From NCBI GenBank assembly GCA_012729595.1, contig JAAYCU010000282.1:3591-67590 (forward strand): a stretch of DNA of 64,000 nucleotides, given 5' to 3'. The position numbers and the translations under genes were made by a program. This document shows, piece after piece, positions 35,708 through 46,153 of this stretch. Position 1 is the stretch's first letter. Each line of letters opens with the position of its first letter. A model generated the notes under the pieces. It was given only the letters and a program-made list of their open reading frames with translations, had not been told where the DNA came from and ran no database searches. The DNA comes from Phycisphaerales bacterium (GTDB taxonomy: Bacteria > Planctomycetota > Phycisphaerae > UBA1845 > PWPN01).

Positions 35708-36163
35708 TTAAACCTGTCCGGCGGAACGAATGTTACCGCCAACTTTTGTGATCTTGGTCGCAGCCGTCGTACTGAAACATGTGGCCTCGACATTAAATTT
35801 CTTGGTAATTTCGCCATTTCCTAAGATCTTAACCGGCCCGGCGGAATCGCGAATCAACCCCTGTTTTTCCAGTTCGACCGGCGTAATCTTGCTGCCATCA
35901 TCATAGTGTTCTTGCAAATCGGCAACATTTACCACTTGATACTGGGTTCGGAAACGCGCGTTGCTAAAACCGCGTTTGGGCAGGCGTCGGAACATGGGCA
36001 TCTGCCCGCCTTCGGTAAGCCGACGAACCGTACCGCCAGCCCGCGCACCGAGACCTTTATGCCCGCGTCCGCTGGTTTTCCCGCTTCCACTGCCTATACC
36101 ACGTCCAATGCGCTTGCGCTTTTTGTTGCGCCCGGCCTTGGTTAGCACGTCCGAAATCATCAT
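35708..36163 (-). CDS. rplO: 50S ribosomal protein L15
   Basis: KKRKRIGRGIGSGSGKTSGRGHKG matches L15. Confidence 0.93.
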   Translation of the reverse strand: MMISDVLTKAGRNKKRKRIGRGIGSGSGKTSGRGHKGLGARAGGTVRRLTEGGQMPMFRRLPKRGFSNARFRTQYQVVNVADLQEHYDDGSKITPVELEKQGLIRDSAGPVKILGNGEITKKFNVEATCFSTTAATKITKVGGNIRSAGQV

Positions 36164-36186
36164 CGCCCGTTACTCCCGCTCTATAC

Positions 36187-36852
36187 TCAGACGGCGATTG
36201 TTACGCCACGTAGTTTTTCCACTTCTTCCTTGGTGCGTAAGCAACGCAACCCTTCAAAGGCGGCCTTAACCAAATTTTTCGGACTGGTCGATCCGTATGC
36301 CTTGGTCAAAACATCCTTAACCCCGGCCAGTTCCATTACCGCTCGCACACTGGCACCGGCAATAACCCCGGTACCCTCGCCTGCCGGAACTAGAACCACC
36401 TGGCTGGCCCGATACTTGGCGGATACCTGATGTGGGATCGTGGTTCCACTCATCCGGATTTTTACCATATTACGCCGTGCCGCCTTGGTAGCCTTTTCGA
36501 CAGCCGTCGGAACTTCATTGGCCTTGCCATATCCGACGCCGACCTTACCCAAGCGGTCTCCGGCCACCACGAGAGCAGCGAAGCTGAACCGTCGACCACC
36601 GCGTACCACGGTAGCGCAACGGTATATCCGTACCACTACATCCTCGACTTCACCGGGTTCAGGCCGACGTGCCTGCTCTTCCCGGCCTCGAGAACCCCGT
36701 CTTCCACGCTCGTTACCACCTTCTGAACCGCCGCCACGATAACCACCATGGCCGGAGCGTTGATCCGGCAAGGATTGCGACTGTGCGCTTTGCCCTTGAT
36801 CCTGGTTTGAAAAATCTTCTGCCATTACCGCCTCAATCATTCGCGAAGTCAC
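36187..36852 (-). CDS. rpsE: 30S ribosomal protein S5 with Gly/Arg-rich N-terminal extension
   Basis: VVRIYRCATVVRGGRRFSFAALVVAGD...GVGYGKANEV matches S5. ~70 extra N-terminal residues, so the exact start is uncertain. Confidence 0.9.
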   Translation of the reverse strand: MTSRMIEAVMAEDFSNQDQGQSAQSQSLPDQRSGHGGYRGGGSEGGNERGRRGSRGREEQARRPEPGEVEDVVVRIYRCATVVRGGRRFSFAALVVAGDRLGKVGVGYGKANEVPTAVEKATKAARRNMVKIRMSGTTIPHQVSAKYRASQVVLVPAGEGTGVIAGASVRAVMELAGVKDVLTKAYGSTSPKNLVKAAFEGLRCLRTKEEVEKLRGVTIAV

Positions 36853-36887
36853 ACCGTTCGATGTGCCATCGCTTGCCTGGGTGCCGT

Positions 36888-37262
36888 TTAGATCTTCAAC
36901 CCGGTCTCCCGGGCCGCCTCAACTAACGCCTTGATCCTTCCGTGATAACGGTATCCGTTGCGATCAACGGTCGCGGTCTTCAAACCCTTGGCCAAAGCTC
37001 GCTCGCCGAGCAACTTGCCGACAGCGGCAGCGGCGGATTTGTTACCGCCATAGCCAAGCGCGCCCGTAAGTTCCTTGCTCTTCGTGCTGGCCTCGACCAA
37101 GGTACATCCCTCATCGTCGTCGATCAACTGTGCATAGATGTTCTTCAGGCTTCGAAAAACGCTCATTCGCGGACGTTCGGCGGTACCGTACACGCGTTTG
37201 CGTACGCGTAGCTTTCGTCGAGCCCGACGTTGTACTTTAAATTCGATGACACTCATACCCAC
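36888..37262 (-). CDS. rplR: 50S ribosomal protein L18
   Basis: [20 protein letters not shown]...[23 protein letters not shown] matches L18. Confidence 0.93.
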   Translation of the reverse strand: MGMSVIEFKVQRRARRKLRVRKRVYGTAERPRMSVFRSLKNIYAQLIDDDEGCTLVEASTKSKELTGALGYGGNKSAAAAVGKLLGERALAKGLKTATVDRNGYRYHGRIKALVEAARETGLKI

Positions 37263-37283
37263 ACCTGTCGCTTGCTAAAAATC

Positions 37284-37898
37284 TTATCCTGAACCGCTGG
37301 CAAACGCCTTGCCCTGTTTACGTCTGACATGCTCACCAGCGTAGCGAATACCCTTACCCTTATATGGTTCGGGTGGGCGAATTTTGCGAATTTCGGCCGC
37401 AAAATGACCCACAGCCTGCTTATCCGGTCCAGCCACGGTTAAACGAGCCGGTTCCGAATCACCACGCGCGGCGGGGACTTCAACCGTAACGGTTACCCCC
37501 GAAGGGATCGGAATATCGAACTGGGCCTCACGCATCTTACCGCTTGCATCCACGCCCCGGCCCATAAAACCGACGTTCAATAGCAAACGATTACCTTTGA
37601 GATTACAGTTGTAACCCGTACCGTAGATTTCCAGCTTATGTTGATATCCCTGATCAACACCCACCACCATATTGGCAATCAAGGCCCGTGTCAGTCCATG
37701 CAAGGCCCTACTACGAGCCTGATCATTACTGCGCTGTACCCGTATCTGCGCTGCTGGAGCATCGTACTCCACTGCTACCTCAGCAGGGAACGACCAGACT
37801 AACTCACCCTTGGGCCCCTTGGTCCGTACGGTGCGATCACTGATCTCCACCTTTACGGCTGGGGGAACCGGGATAGGTTTTTTGCCTATACGTGACAT
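37284..37898 (-). CDS. rplF: 50S ribosomal protein L6
   Basis: MSRIGKKPIPVPPAVKVEI...PEPYKGKGIRYAGE matches L6. Confidence 0.93.
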   Translation of the reverse strand: MSRIGKKPIPVPPAVKVEISDRTVRTKGPKGELVWSFPAEVAVEYDAPAAQIRVQRSNDQARSRALHGLTRALIANMVVGVDQGYQHKLEIYGTGYNCNLKGNRLLLNVGFMGRGVDASGKMREAQFDIPIPSGVTVTVEVPAARGDSEPARLTVAGPDKQAVGHFAAEIRKIRPPEPYKGKGIRYAGEHVRRKQGKAFASGSG

Positions 37899-37948
37899 AA
37901 TCTTCGATCCTCATCTTCCGCCGACCTATCCGTCGGCCTCCGCTCCGC

Positions 37949-38344
37949 TTAACAAACGGTGCAGACCAGCTCGCCCCCGATTTTCCGCTCCCGACATTGC
38001 CGGTCGCTTAATACACCTTGGCTGGTGGAAACAATGGCTATACCCAGCCCATTTAAGACCCTGGGCAGATTCTCCACCGCGGAATACATCCGCTGACCTG
38101 GCCGTGACACCCGCCTTATTGTGGTGATCACAGGTTCGCCCAAAGATCCGTATTTCAACTTAACACGCAGCAATCCTTGCTTTCCGTCATCTATACGGTC
38201 GTAATCGACGATGTAGCCCTCTTGTTTGAGAACCTCGGCGATACCGACCTTCATCTTCGTTGCCGGAATTTTAACCTCGGTCATGCGCACGCGAGTCGCG
38301 TTACGGATTCGCGTCAACATGTCGGCGACTGGGTCACTCCACAT
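37949..38344 (-). CDS. rpsH: 30S ribosomal protein S8
   Basis: MWSDPVADMLTRIRNA matches the S8 N-terminus. ATG at 38344 chosen (the track ORF starts 10 codons upstream). Confidence 0.9.
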   Translation of the reverse strand: MWSDPVADMLTRIRNATRVRMTEVKIPATKMKVGIAEVLKQEGYIVDYDRIDDGKQGLLRVKLKYGSLGEPVITTIRRVSRPGQRMYSAVENLPRVLNGLGIAIVSTSQGVLSDRQCRERKIGGELVCTVC

Positions 38345-38404
38345 CCTGGCCATCCTCGTCGATACGTGTTTCAAATTCCCGTCAAGCCAAGGCCTGTCGG
38401 GTGT

Positions 38405-38590
38405 TTACCAACTGGCTTTCTTGACGCCCGGAATCAGGCCCTGGTTGGCCATCCGCCGGAAGCAAACGCGACACAAGTGAAACTTACGGTACACGGCGCG
38501 TTGCCGCCCGCAAATCTGACAACGTCGGACCACCCGACTCTTAAACTTCGGTTTTTCGCTTGCCTTATTAACCCATGCTTTCGTTGCCAT
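38405..38590 (-). CDS. rpsZ: 30S ribosomal protein S14 type Z (zinc-ribbon form)
   Basis: 61 aa; [22 protein letters not shown]...PGVKKASW. Confidence 0.93.
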   Translation of the reverse strand: MATKAWVNKASEKPKFKSRVVRRCQICGRQRAVYRKFHLCRVCFRRMANQGLIPGVKKASW

Positions 38591-38648
38591 TTATGTCCAT
38601 CCCAGCCGCCAAAGCCGGCGCGGCCTCAATACGGTCTACAACGTACGC

Positions 38649-39203
38649 TTACCCCTGCTCCGTGCGGAAGGGCATACCAATCAGTCTGAGCAACTCCCGG
38701 CTATCACGATCATTGCCGGCCGAGGTCACAAAGGTGATGTTCATGCCTTGGGGCGCTTCCACCGCGGCAGCATCAATTTCCGGAAAAACCGTCTGCTCGT
38801 TCACGCCGAACGAATAATTTCCTCGACCATCAAAACTCCGTGGATTTAATCCTCGGAAGTCTCGAATACGCGGGATGGCCGTATTAATCAGCCGATCCAG
38901 AAATTCGTACATCCGGTGGCCGCGCAACGTCACCTTCAACCCGGTTTCATAGCCTGCCCGTACCTTGAAATTGGACACGCTCTTACGGGCGCGGCAAACC
39001 TGAGGTTTCTGCCCTGTGATGACCGTCAGATCCTTTGCGGCCATCTCAAGCCGTCGCTTCTCCTGGATCGCGATCCCCAACCCCATGGATACCACGATCT
39101 TATTCAGCCGCGGTACAGCCATAGGATTGTTGGTTCCGGCCTGTTCATACAAAGCGGGCAGAACTTCCGTTCGATATTTCTCCATTAACCGAGGCACACT
39201 CAT
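38649..39203 (-). CDS. rplE: 50S ribosomal protein L5
   Basis: PRLNKIVVSMGLG, FRGLNPRSFDGRGNYSFGVNEQ matches L5. Confidence 0.93.
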   Translation of the reverse strand: MSVPRLMEKYRTEVLPALYEQAGTNNPMAVPRLNKIVVSMGLGIAIQEKRRLEMAAKDLTVITGQKPQVCRARKSVSNFKVRAGYETGLKVTLRGHRMYEFLDRLINTAIPRIRDFRGLNPRSFDGRGNYSFGVNEQTVFPEIDAAAVEAPQGMNITFVTSAGNDRDSRELLRLIGMPFRTEQG

Positions 39204-39559
39204 GACTCAGCCTTCTTCTCGCGGGTCAATTCATTTAAACGCGTTCCCGCCTTCGAAACGCGATATTTAGCCACTACTGTTCCTCTGGGGTCGGTTTCTA
39301 CGCTGAACTTCACGCGTACCCCCCTACCCGTTTTCTCGTCCACGGGTAGCACATTAGACACATGAATAGGGGCCTCTTTTTGAAGTCGCCCCCCCTGCGG
39401 ATTGCGTCGGCTGGGTCGGACATGTCGATAGACCATATTTATACCCTGGACTATCACCATGTTCCTCTTGGGTAGAACGCGCAATACCTTGCCTCGCTCG
39501 CCCTTATGATCGCCAGCGATCACTTCTACCAAATCATCTCGTCGTATATGCCACGCCAT
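39200..39559 (-). CDS. rplX: 50S ribosomal protein L24
   Basis: IRRDDLVEVIAGDHKGERGKVLRV KOW motif. ATG at 39559 chosen. Confidence 0.9.
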   Translation of the reverse strand: MAWHIRRDDLVEVIAGDHKGERGKVLRVLPKRNMVIVQGINMVYRHVRPSRRNPQGGRLQKEAPIHVSNVLPVDEKTGRGVRVKFSVETDPRGTVVAKYRVSKAGTRLNELTREKKAES

Positions 39560-39595
39560 GTTTAGTTCCACGACCTCCGTCGTCGTCCCAACAGA

Positions 39596-40000
39596 TCAAA
39601 CCACTTCGTCTGCCAGGGAAATAATCTTCATATAACCGCGTTCTCGCAACTCACGGGCTACCGCTCCGAAAATACGCGTGCCGCGCGGCTCGTTCTTGTC
39701 ATCTATCAACACCACTGCATTGTGATCGAAACGTACATAACTGCCATCCAGCCTGCGTTTTGCCCGTCTAGTTCTCACTACCACGGCCCGTACAACGCGA
39801 GCTTTCTTGTTTCCCGGTTTCATGTAGTCGCTATTGGCCAAGGCCTTCTTGACCGTGCAGATTACTATGTCACCAATTCCAGCCGTGCGCCGTCGGGGTT
39901 TACCCGGCCGGCCGGTGCTTCCACCGAGCACGCGGATCACCATGGCCTGTTTTGCCCCGGTGTTGTCGGCCACATCTACCATTGTCTGCATCTGTATCAT
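39596..40000 (-). CDS. rplN: 50S ribosomal protein L14 (with two short insertions)
   Basis: [17 protein letters not shown]...[22 protein letters not shown] matches L14. 134 aa against ~122 typical. Confidence 0.93.
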   Translation of the reverse strand: MIQMQTMVDVADNTGAKQAMVIRVLGGSTGRPGKPRRRTAGIGDIVICTVKKALANSDYMKPGNKKARVVRAVVVRTRRAKRRLDGSYVRFDHNAVVLIDDKNEPRGTRIFGAVARELRERGYMKIISLADEVV

Positions 40001-40087
40001 CGCGCGTCTCTCGTCAACTCAATCAAATAATCAACCCGGGCATCCGGCTCGAACTTACCGTGCCGACCGTCATTCCGGGGCAACCAA

Positions 40088-40375
40088 TCAGACCTCAGTA
40101 GACCGCTGAATCACCTTGACCAGCCGCCAGACCTTGGTCTTGGATACCGGCCGACATTCCATTACCTGCACCACGTCACCCTGTCGGGCCTCACCCGTTT
40201 CGTCATGCGCGTGTAGTTTGGTCCGTCTGCGCATGTATTTAAGGTACTTTGGGTGGCGCGCGCTATACTGCACTTCAACACGAATCGTCTTCGGAGTCTT
40301 GTGCGCTGAAGTCACAACGCCAATACGCGTTTTTCGTAACTTTCGCTTCGACTTTTGTCCCGTGCTCTCTGCCAT
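40088..40375 (-). CDS. rpsQ: 30S ribosomal protein S17
   Basis: RIGVVTSAHKTPKTIRVEV...HPKYLKYMRRRTKLHAHDE matches S17. Confidence 0.92.
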   Translation of the reverse strand: MAESTGQKSKRKLRKTRIGVVTSAHKTPKTIRVEVQYSARHPKYLKYMRRRTKLHAHDETGEARQGDVVQVMECRPVSKTKVWRLVKVIQRSTEV

Positions 40376-40432
40376 GTACGATTACCTGTCTTCCTATTCT
40401 TCGCCACTCCGGCCCGGCCTGCCGTAACCGTT

Positions 40433-40678
40433 TTATCCTTTGCGATGCGAGGCCAAAGCCTCCATGTGATACTGTTTCTGCTCCACGGAATCCTCGCCCC
40501 GCTCACTTAATACCGTGAATACACGGGCAATATTGCGTTTGGCCTTGGTCAGCAGAGTCGGATCCTGAAGTTTTTCCGTCACCGCCTGACTGCGCAGGTC
40601 GAATAAATGTCTACGCAGCCGGTCTAGCTCACCGTGCAGCTCATCTGTTTTCATGTCCCGGATCTCGGAAATCTTCAT
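40433..40678 (-). CDS. rpmC: 50S ribosomal protein L29
   Basis: MKISEIRDMKTDELHGELDRLRRHLFDLR matches L29. Confidence 0.9.
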   Translation of the reverse strand: MKISEIRDMKTDELHGELDRLRRHLFDLRSQAVTEKLQDPTLLTKAKRNIARVFTVLSERGEDSVEQKQYHMEALASHRKG

Positions 40679-40728
40679 ACGCTTAACTCCTCGCCCCTAT
40701 CGGGCGATGTTTATCATCTCCTTGTCCG

Positions 40729-41148
40729 TCAGATGGCGTGCCGTCTAACCACAAACCGACAGCGAAACGGCATCTTATGGGCCACCAGGGCAAATGCCCG
40801 ACGGGCCACATCCTCGGGCACGCCGCCGAGTTCATACAATATCATGCCTTCCTTGACTACGGAGACGTAGTATTCCGGCTCACCCTTGCCCTTACCCATA
40901 CGAGTTTCCAAAGGCTTTGCTGAAATCGGCTTATGCGGAAATACTCTAATGAATACCCGCCCTTCCCGCTGTAGGTAATGGGTGGCAGTCATTCGGCCAG
41001 CCTCGATCTGACGGGCAGTCATCCAGCCCGATCCCAGAGCCTGCAGGCCATAATCACCATAGGCAACCGTATTGCCCTGAGTGGCGCGACCACGAATCTT
41101 ACCCCGCTGGGATTTTCTGTGCTTTAGTCGCTTGGGCATCATCGCCAT
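40729..41148 (-). CDS. rplP: 50S ribosomal protein L16
   Basis: MMPKRLKHRKSQRGKIRG...RMGKGKGEPEYYV matches L16. Confidence 0.95.
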   Translation of the reverse strand: MAMMPKRLKHRKSQRGKIRGRATQGNTVAYGDYGLQALGSGWMTARQIEAGRMTATHYLQREGRVFIRVFPHKPISAKPLETRMGKGKGEPEYYVSVVKEGMILYELGGVPEDVARRAFALVAHKMPFRCRFVVRRHAI

Positions 41149-41235
41149 TGCTGATACTCTCCGTCCTTAGCTTCCGACTGGCCTAGTACATAGACCGTAT
41201 CTTCTACTTCTAATAGCTCATTTACTGATCGAAGC

Positions 41236-41937
41236 TTACATGCGTCCTCGGCGTCCCATCCTTCCGGCCGGTGGTGCATCCGGACTGATCTGTAGTTCCT
41301 CACCGAAGGTTCCACGATAAATCCAGGTCTTCACCCCGATTGAACCATAACTAGTCCGACTGACGGCATAGCCGTAATCCACATCGGCCTGTAAGGTTTG
41401 CAATGGAATGGATCCGCGCTTCTGCGTTTCTACGCGGGCCATCTCCGCCCCGCCCAATCGGCCGCTACACATGATACGCACACCCTTAGCTCCGGAAGCC
41501 ATGGTCGCATCGCAACGCATCTTCATAATACGGCGGAAGCTTCCACGCTTTTTCAACTGTTCGGCAACGCCTTCAGCCACTAACTGCGCATCCAGATCGG
41601 GGTGCTTGATCTCTACCACATTCAAATTAATCTTGCGGTCGATCAAAGCCTCCAACTCCTCGCGGAGCTTATCAACCTCGGCACCCTTGGGTCCGATTAC
41701 GAGTCCCGGCCTGGCGGTATGCACCACTACCCGTACCTCGTTTCGAGTACGTTCGATCTCGACTTTACTCACCGCCGCGTAGGGAGGCTGGCGATTAAGT
41801 CGCTTGTCTACGTACTCTCTTACCCGGCAATCCTCGATCAGGAATTCACCATAGGCAGCCTTGGGGGCATACCAGCGACTCTTCCAGTCTAAAGTAATAC
41901 CAGTCCGAAACCCTATTGGATTGGTTTTCTGTCCCAC
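41236..41937 (-). CDS. rpsC: 30S ribosomal protein S3
   Basis: (V)GQKTNPIGFRTGITLDWKSRWYA matches the S3 N-terminus. GTG at 41937 preferred; the ORF is open to an ATG at 41991. Confidence 0.9.
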   Translation of the reverse strand: MGQKTNPIGFRTGITLDWKSRWYAPKAAYGEFLIEDCRVREYVDKRLNRQPPYAAVSKVEIERTRNEVRVVVHTARPGLVIGPKGAEVDKLREELEALIDRKINLNVVEIKHPDLDAQLVAEGVAEQLKKRGSFRRIMKMRCDATMASGAKGVRIMCSGRLGGAEMARVETQKRGSIPLQTLQADVDYGYAVSRTSYGSIGVKTWIYRGTFGEELQISPDAPPAGRMGRRGRM

Positions 41938-41977
41938 GCTCAGCTCCCGGGTCGGCTTGGGCCGCCCCTTACCGCGA

Positions 41978-42346
41978 TCAGCGCTCCTCAACTTCCACGA
42001 TAATATGACTCATCCGCTTAGCAATCGGATGGGCCCGGCCGCGGTCCTTCGGCCGCCATCGACGATAATAAGGCCCTTCGTCAATCCGTACCTTAGCTAC
42101 ATATAAGGAACGGACATCGGCCTCCTTCTCATTGGCATTGGCGATGGCGGACTTCAGTACTTTGTCGATCAGTCCGCTAGCCCTTTTATTAGTAAACCGT
42201 AATATATCCTGAGCATCGTTGACGTGTTGATTGCGAATCAGATCCGCTACCAACCTGGCCTTGCGCGGACTAATCCGCGCGAAACGGTGCATCGCATGAA
42301 AAGTTTTTGCGTCCATCTCAGTCTCGGCCACCGTACTGATCCTCAC
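41978..42346 (-). CDS. rplV: 50S ribosomal protein L22
   Basis: ARISPRKARLVADLIRNQHV...PKDRGRAHPIAKRMSHI matches L22. Confidence 0.93.
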   Translation of the reverse strand: MRISTVAETEMDAKTFHAMHRFARISPRKARLVADLIRNQHVNDAQDILRFTNKRASGLIDKVLKSAIANANEKEADVRSLYVAKVRIDEGPYYRRWRPKDRGRAHPIAKRMSHIIVEVEER

Positions 42347-42407
42347 CTGGGCTCCATCTCAACGCATACAGCAAATTAGCTGTCCTGCCATCGTCGGAGC
42401 AACCGGA

Positions 42408-42689
42408 TTACTTCCTATCTTTATCTTTCCGTGACCCCGAATGCCCTCGGAACGTTCTTGTCGGGCTGAATTCACCCAGCTTGTGCCCGACCATCTCCTC
42501 GGTGATAAACACCTTGTGGAAGACTTTGCCGTTATGCACATCAAAAGTCATGCCCACAAACTCCGGAACGATCGTGCAACGCCTCGCCCAAGTACGAATC
42601 GGTGTACGTTCTCCAGTGTCCCGAAATTTCTGCACCTTGCGGAACAGTTTTTCTTCGACAAAGGGGCCTTTTTTCAAGCTTCGCGACAT
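42408..42689 (-). CDS. rpsS: 30S ribosomal protein S19
   Basis: [15 protein letters not shown]...[16 protein letters not shown] matches S19. Confidence 0.95.
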   Translation of the reverse strand: MSRSLKKGPFVEEKLFRKVQKFRDTGERTPIRTWARRCTIVPEFVGMTFDVHNGKVFHKVFITEEMVGHKLGEFSPTRTFRGHSGSRKDKDRK

Positions 42690-42720
42690 AAGTCTATCCG
42701 TTCACGCTATGCTGCCCAAA

Positions 42721-43587
42721 TTACTTCTTCGGCAGAACCAATTGACCGTAGCGTACGCTCCTGCGCCGCCGCAGAATGCGTTTGTTCGAATTTTTGCGCG
42801 GATTACGGGTGCGCCCGCCCTTGGCCAACTGGCCCCAAGGGCTACACGGGTGCCGCCCACCTCCGCTGCGTCCTTCACCACCACCCAACGGGTGGGCGAT
42901 CGGGTTCATCGAGGTGCCTCGGTTGTGCGGACGACGGCCCATGTGCCGTTTGCGTCCAGCTTTACCGATACTGATATTTTGATGGTCAGAGTTACCTATC
43001 TGCCCTATCGTCGCCCGGCATTCTACGCGTACCTGGCGCATTTCGCCGGACGGCATTAGTAACGTTGCCCAGTCACCCTCACGGGCGATAAGCCTGGCCG
43101 AAGTTCCTGCCGACCGGACCAGCTTGCCTCCTTGTCCGGCAATCATCTCGACGTTATGAACGTCCATGCCCACCGGAATCCGTTTGAGAGGCATCACATT
43201 GCCCACTTTCGGCTCAACATCCTGGCCGCTTTCCACCCAGTCGCCGGCTTTCAAGCCTGCCGGGGCTAGAATATAATTTTTCGTCTGGTCAGGGTATTCG
43301 ATCAGAGCAATGTGACAAGTGCGGTTTGGATCGTACTCGATGGCGACAACCGTAGCTCGCTGTCCGTCCCTGCGGCGTTTGAAGTCGATGATGCGGTACA
43401 TGCGCTTATGCCCGCCGCCGCGCCACCAGGACGTGATCTTGCCATGATGGTTGCGTCCACCGGTCTTGGGCTTCGGCTCCAACAGGCTCTTCGTCGGCCG
43501 ACGGCGTTTATCCGTAATCTCCGCGAAATCATTCACGGACGAATTGCGCCGTCCCGGCGAGGTCGGATTGTAATTCTTGATGCCCAT
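42721..43587 (-). CDS. rplB: 50S ribosomal protein L2
   Basis: [19 protein letters not shown]...[18 protein letters not shown] matches L2. Confidence 0.95.
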   Translation of the reverse strand: MGIKNYNPTSPGRRNSSVNDFAEITDKRRRPTKSLLEPKPKTGGRNHHGKITSWWRGGGHKRMYRIIDFKRRRDGQRATVVAIEYDPNRTCHIALIEYPDQTKNYILAPAGLKAGDWVESGQDVEPKVGNVMPLKRIPVGMDVHNVEMIAGQGGKLVRSAGTSARLIAREGDWATLLMPSGEMRQVRVECRATIGQIGNSDHQNISIGKAGRKRHMGRRPHNRGTSMNPIAHPLGGGEGRSGGGRHPCSPWGQLAKGGRTRNPRKNSNKRILRRRRSVRYGQLVLPKK

Positions 43588-43632
43588 CGAAACTTACCTT
43601 CCTCATGCGGCGCAGACACCTGCGCCCGTCCG

Positions 43633-43944
43633 TCAGAACAGATCAATATGGTAGTCCGGATGAAGGACAACCACTGCTTTTTTCCAACTGCGGGTCTGCC
43701 CCATGGTCAGCCGATATCGTCGCTTCTTGCCGGCCCGGTTGCTGGTCCGCACCTGCAATACCTTAACGTTATAAATTTTCTCGACCGCCTGGCGAATCTG
43801 AGCCTTGTTTGCCTTGGGATGTACCTCAAAGGCATACGACCCACCTCGGGCAGGCATCGTCGCGGTAGCCTCGTGGGCCACCTGGCTCTGATGCGTGCCC
43901 TTCTCGGTCACCAGCGGACGAACAACTACATGGTAAATATCCAT
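43633..43944 (-). CDS. rplW: 50S ribosomal protein L23
   Basis: VVRPLVTEKG...FEVHPKANKAQIRQAVEKIYNVKV matches L23. Confidence 0.92.
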   Translation of the reverse strand: MDIYHVVVRPLVTEKGTHQSQVAHEATATMPARGGSYAFEVHPKANKAQIRQAVEKIYNVKVLQVRTSNRAGKKRRYRLTMGQTRSWKKAVVVLHPDYHIDLF

Positions 43945-43975
43945 GATCTCTGGTCCTTACTCGGCCGCAAACCCT

Positions 43976-44629
43976 TTAAGCCCTTTGGGCTTCCGTAGCC
44001 TGATACTTCTGCGGATCAGCCAATACCCTCTCGAATGCCGGTCTGGTAAACAACAGTTTTCGGCGTCGCAGAATTTCATAAGCACTCAACTCATGCACCT
44101 GACGGACTTCCGTTTTAGGAATATTCCGACCCGATTTAAAAACGACCTGATCCGGCTGATGTATCGCCAGCACGCAACCTTGGGCCGCTCCTAAAGCTTT
44201 AAGCATCGAGAAGAAGGGCTTCGTTTTGGGCGTCTCAAATCCCAAATCATCGATGATCGCCACATCCTGGGATTGCAATTTCGCCAGTAAAGCACTGTTA
44301 CGGGCCAGCCTTCTCATCTTCTTGGGAAGGTCTAATCGGTAACTTCGCTCATGCTTGGCAAACGCTACGCCACCACCTCGTCTGATGCAGGTCCGCACAT
44401 TACCAGCACGGGCATTACCCGTACCCTTTTGTCGGTATAGTTTGCGGGTCGAGCCCTCTACCATGCCCCGACTCTTGGTCCGTGCCGAACCTTGGCGCTG
44501 ATTGGCCCGCCAGGCCACCACCGCCTGTTTAAGCAGACTGATCCTTACCTGACCGCCAAGGATTTCCTCGTCGATCTGCATCGACCCGGTCTGCTCGCCA
44601 TTCATATTGTAAACAGGCACATCGATCAT
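43976..44629 (-). CDS. rplD: 50S ribosomal protein L4
   Basis: RQGSARTKSRGMVEGSTRKLYRQKGTGNAR matches L4. Confidence 0.93.
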   Translation of the reverse strand: MIDVPVYNMNGEQTGSMQIDEEILGGQVRISLLKQAVVAWRANQRQGSARTKSRGMVEGSTRKLYRQKGTGNARAGNVRTCIRRGGGVAFAKHERSYRLDLPKKMRRLARNSALLAKLQSQDVAIIDDLGFETPKTKPFFSMLKALGAAQGCVLAIHQPDQVVFKSGRNIPKTEVRQVHELSAYEILRRRKLLFTRPAFERVLADPQKYQATEAQRA

Positions 44630-44664
44630 CGCCGATCTTCCCTTTACTGCCTTTAGTCGGCCGC

Positions 44665-45318
44665 TCAGGCCTTGGTCTTGGCCTGCCGAATCAGTACGTA
44701 TCCGCCGTTGGGGCCGGGAACGCTACCTCTGACCAGCAGCAGATGATTCTCTTTATCTACCCGGACCAGCCGCTGACAACGAGCTGTTCGTCGCACATGG
44801 CCCATCTGTCCGGCCATACGCTTTCCTTTTTTGATGGCTCGCCCCAAACCACGCGGAGCATTAGCCCCGATACCACCTGGGGAACGATGCTTTCGCTCGG
44901 TACCGTGCGAGGCCAGCTGGCCGCCGAATCCGTAACGTCGCATACCTCCGGCAAAACCCCGCCCTTTGGTCGTTCCTATCACGTCCACAAAACGAATTCC
45001 AGCGGTCTCGAAAAGCTCGACGGTCCAAACATCGCCCGGTTGAGCCTCCGGAGTATCACCAAGACGAACCTCCTGGAGAATCCGCTTGGGGCCGGTACCA
45101 GCCGTCGCGGCATGCCCGATCATCGGCATCGTCGAACGGTGGGCCTTGATATCCTCGTACCCCAACTGCACTGCGTTGTACCCGTCTTTAGCCTCGGCGG
45201 CCTTGACCTGGAGCACTGAACATGGCCCGGCCTGAATCACGGTCACCGGGATGATCGTGCCCTCCTCGTCGTACACGCGAGTCATGCCGATCTTTTTGCC
45301 GATTAGCGCCGCCAGCAT
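44665..45318 (-). CDS. rplC: 50S ribosomal protein L3
   Basis: MLAALIGKKIGMTRVYDEEG...GTTKGRGFAG matches L3. ATG at 45318 chosen (the track ORF extends 18 codons upstream). Confidence 0.92.
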   Translation of the reverse strand: MLAALIGKKIGMTRVYDEEGTIIPVTVIQAGPCSVLQVKAAEAKDGYNAVQLGYEDIKAHRSTMPMIGHAATAGTGPKRILQEVRLGDTPEAQPGDVWTVELFETAGIRFVDVIGTTKGRGFAGGMRRYGFGGQLASHGTERKHRSPGGIGANAPRGLGRAIKKGKRMAGQMGHVRRTARCQRLVRVDKENHLLLVRGSVPGPNGGYVLIRQAKTKA

Positions 45319-45479
45319 AGAAAAAGCTTCCCTTCGCAGACCCATAGGTCGAGTCATTCGCCACTGTGTCACGCGACTAAACTCGCATGACTAAATTATT
45401 CAAAAGGCTGACACAGGAATCCGGAATTCATCTACGCGGCCCGGGCATCCCAGCCCGCAACCCCGCGAGGATCCTGGCC

Positions 45480-45788
45480 TCAGGCCTTGATTTTCACAAA
45501 CACACCCGCAGGTACCACCAGCCGATTCAAGGCCTCCACCGTTCGCGCCGTCGGTTCATAGATGTCGATCAACCGCTTATGCGTTCGCATCTCAAACTGC
45601 TCGCGCGACTTCTTATCGATGTGAGGAGATCGCAAAACCGTATACCGCTCAATCCGGGTCGGAAGAGGAATCGGCCCGCACACGCGAGCATTGGTCCGCT
45701 TGGCATGATCCACGATCTCCCGGGCCGAAGCATCCAAGGCCCGCGGGTCATACGCTTCCATTCTGATCCGGATCCTCTCGCCTTGCAT
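45480..45788 (-). CDS. rpsJ: 30S ribosomal protein S10
   Basis: [15 protein letters not shown]...[39 protein letters not shown] matches S10. Confidence 0.95.
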   Translation of the reverse strand: MQGERIRIRMEAYDPRALDASAREIVDHAKRTNARVCGPIPLPTRIERYTVLRSPHIDKKSREQFEMRTHKRLIDIYEPTARTVEALNRLVVPAGVFVKIKA

Positions 45789-46079
45789 AGCAATTCCTCA
45801 AGACACCGAATGAAGAGTTTCGTAACTCTACTAAACTCTCATCGCTTTCCTTGCATTCCCTCGTCCAAATCCGGCGGTATGGGAACCCCTCGGCCATTCA
45901 TGCTCCCGCACAGGCCCGCTGCCGGCGCTCCCAATTCTATCCCTCATCCGGAATAAGACCCTTATCCACAGCACTAAATACCGCGCGGACAACGGGTTGG
46001 ACGCAGACACGTTAGTTTATCCATTCGGGGGTCCATGTCAATAGCATCGAAAAAGGATTTTACAGAAATATAACAAATA

Positions 46080-46108
46080 AAATTAAGAGGCAATAATTAC
46101 CGGGTCAA
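46080..46108 (-). promoter_or_regulatory. Sigma-70-type promoter candidate for the S10 operon (TTGACC-N17-TAATTT)
   Basis: On the minus strand, TTGACC (46108-46103), a 17-nt spacer, TAATTT (46085-46080), in an AT-rich patch just downstream of the fusA stop. This would give a ~290-nt leader before rpsJ. Confidence 0.3.
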
Positions 46109-46153
46109 CTCAACACTCAACCCTTCGGCAAAAGCCGCCACTACACCATAACA

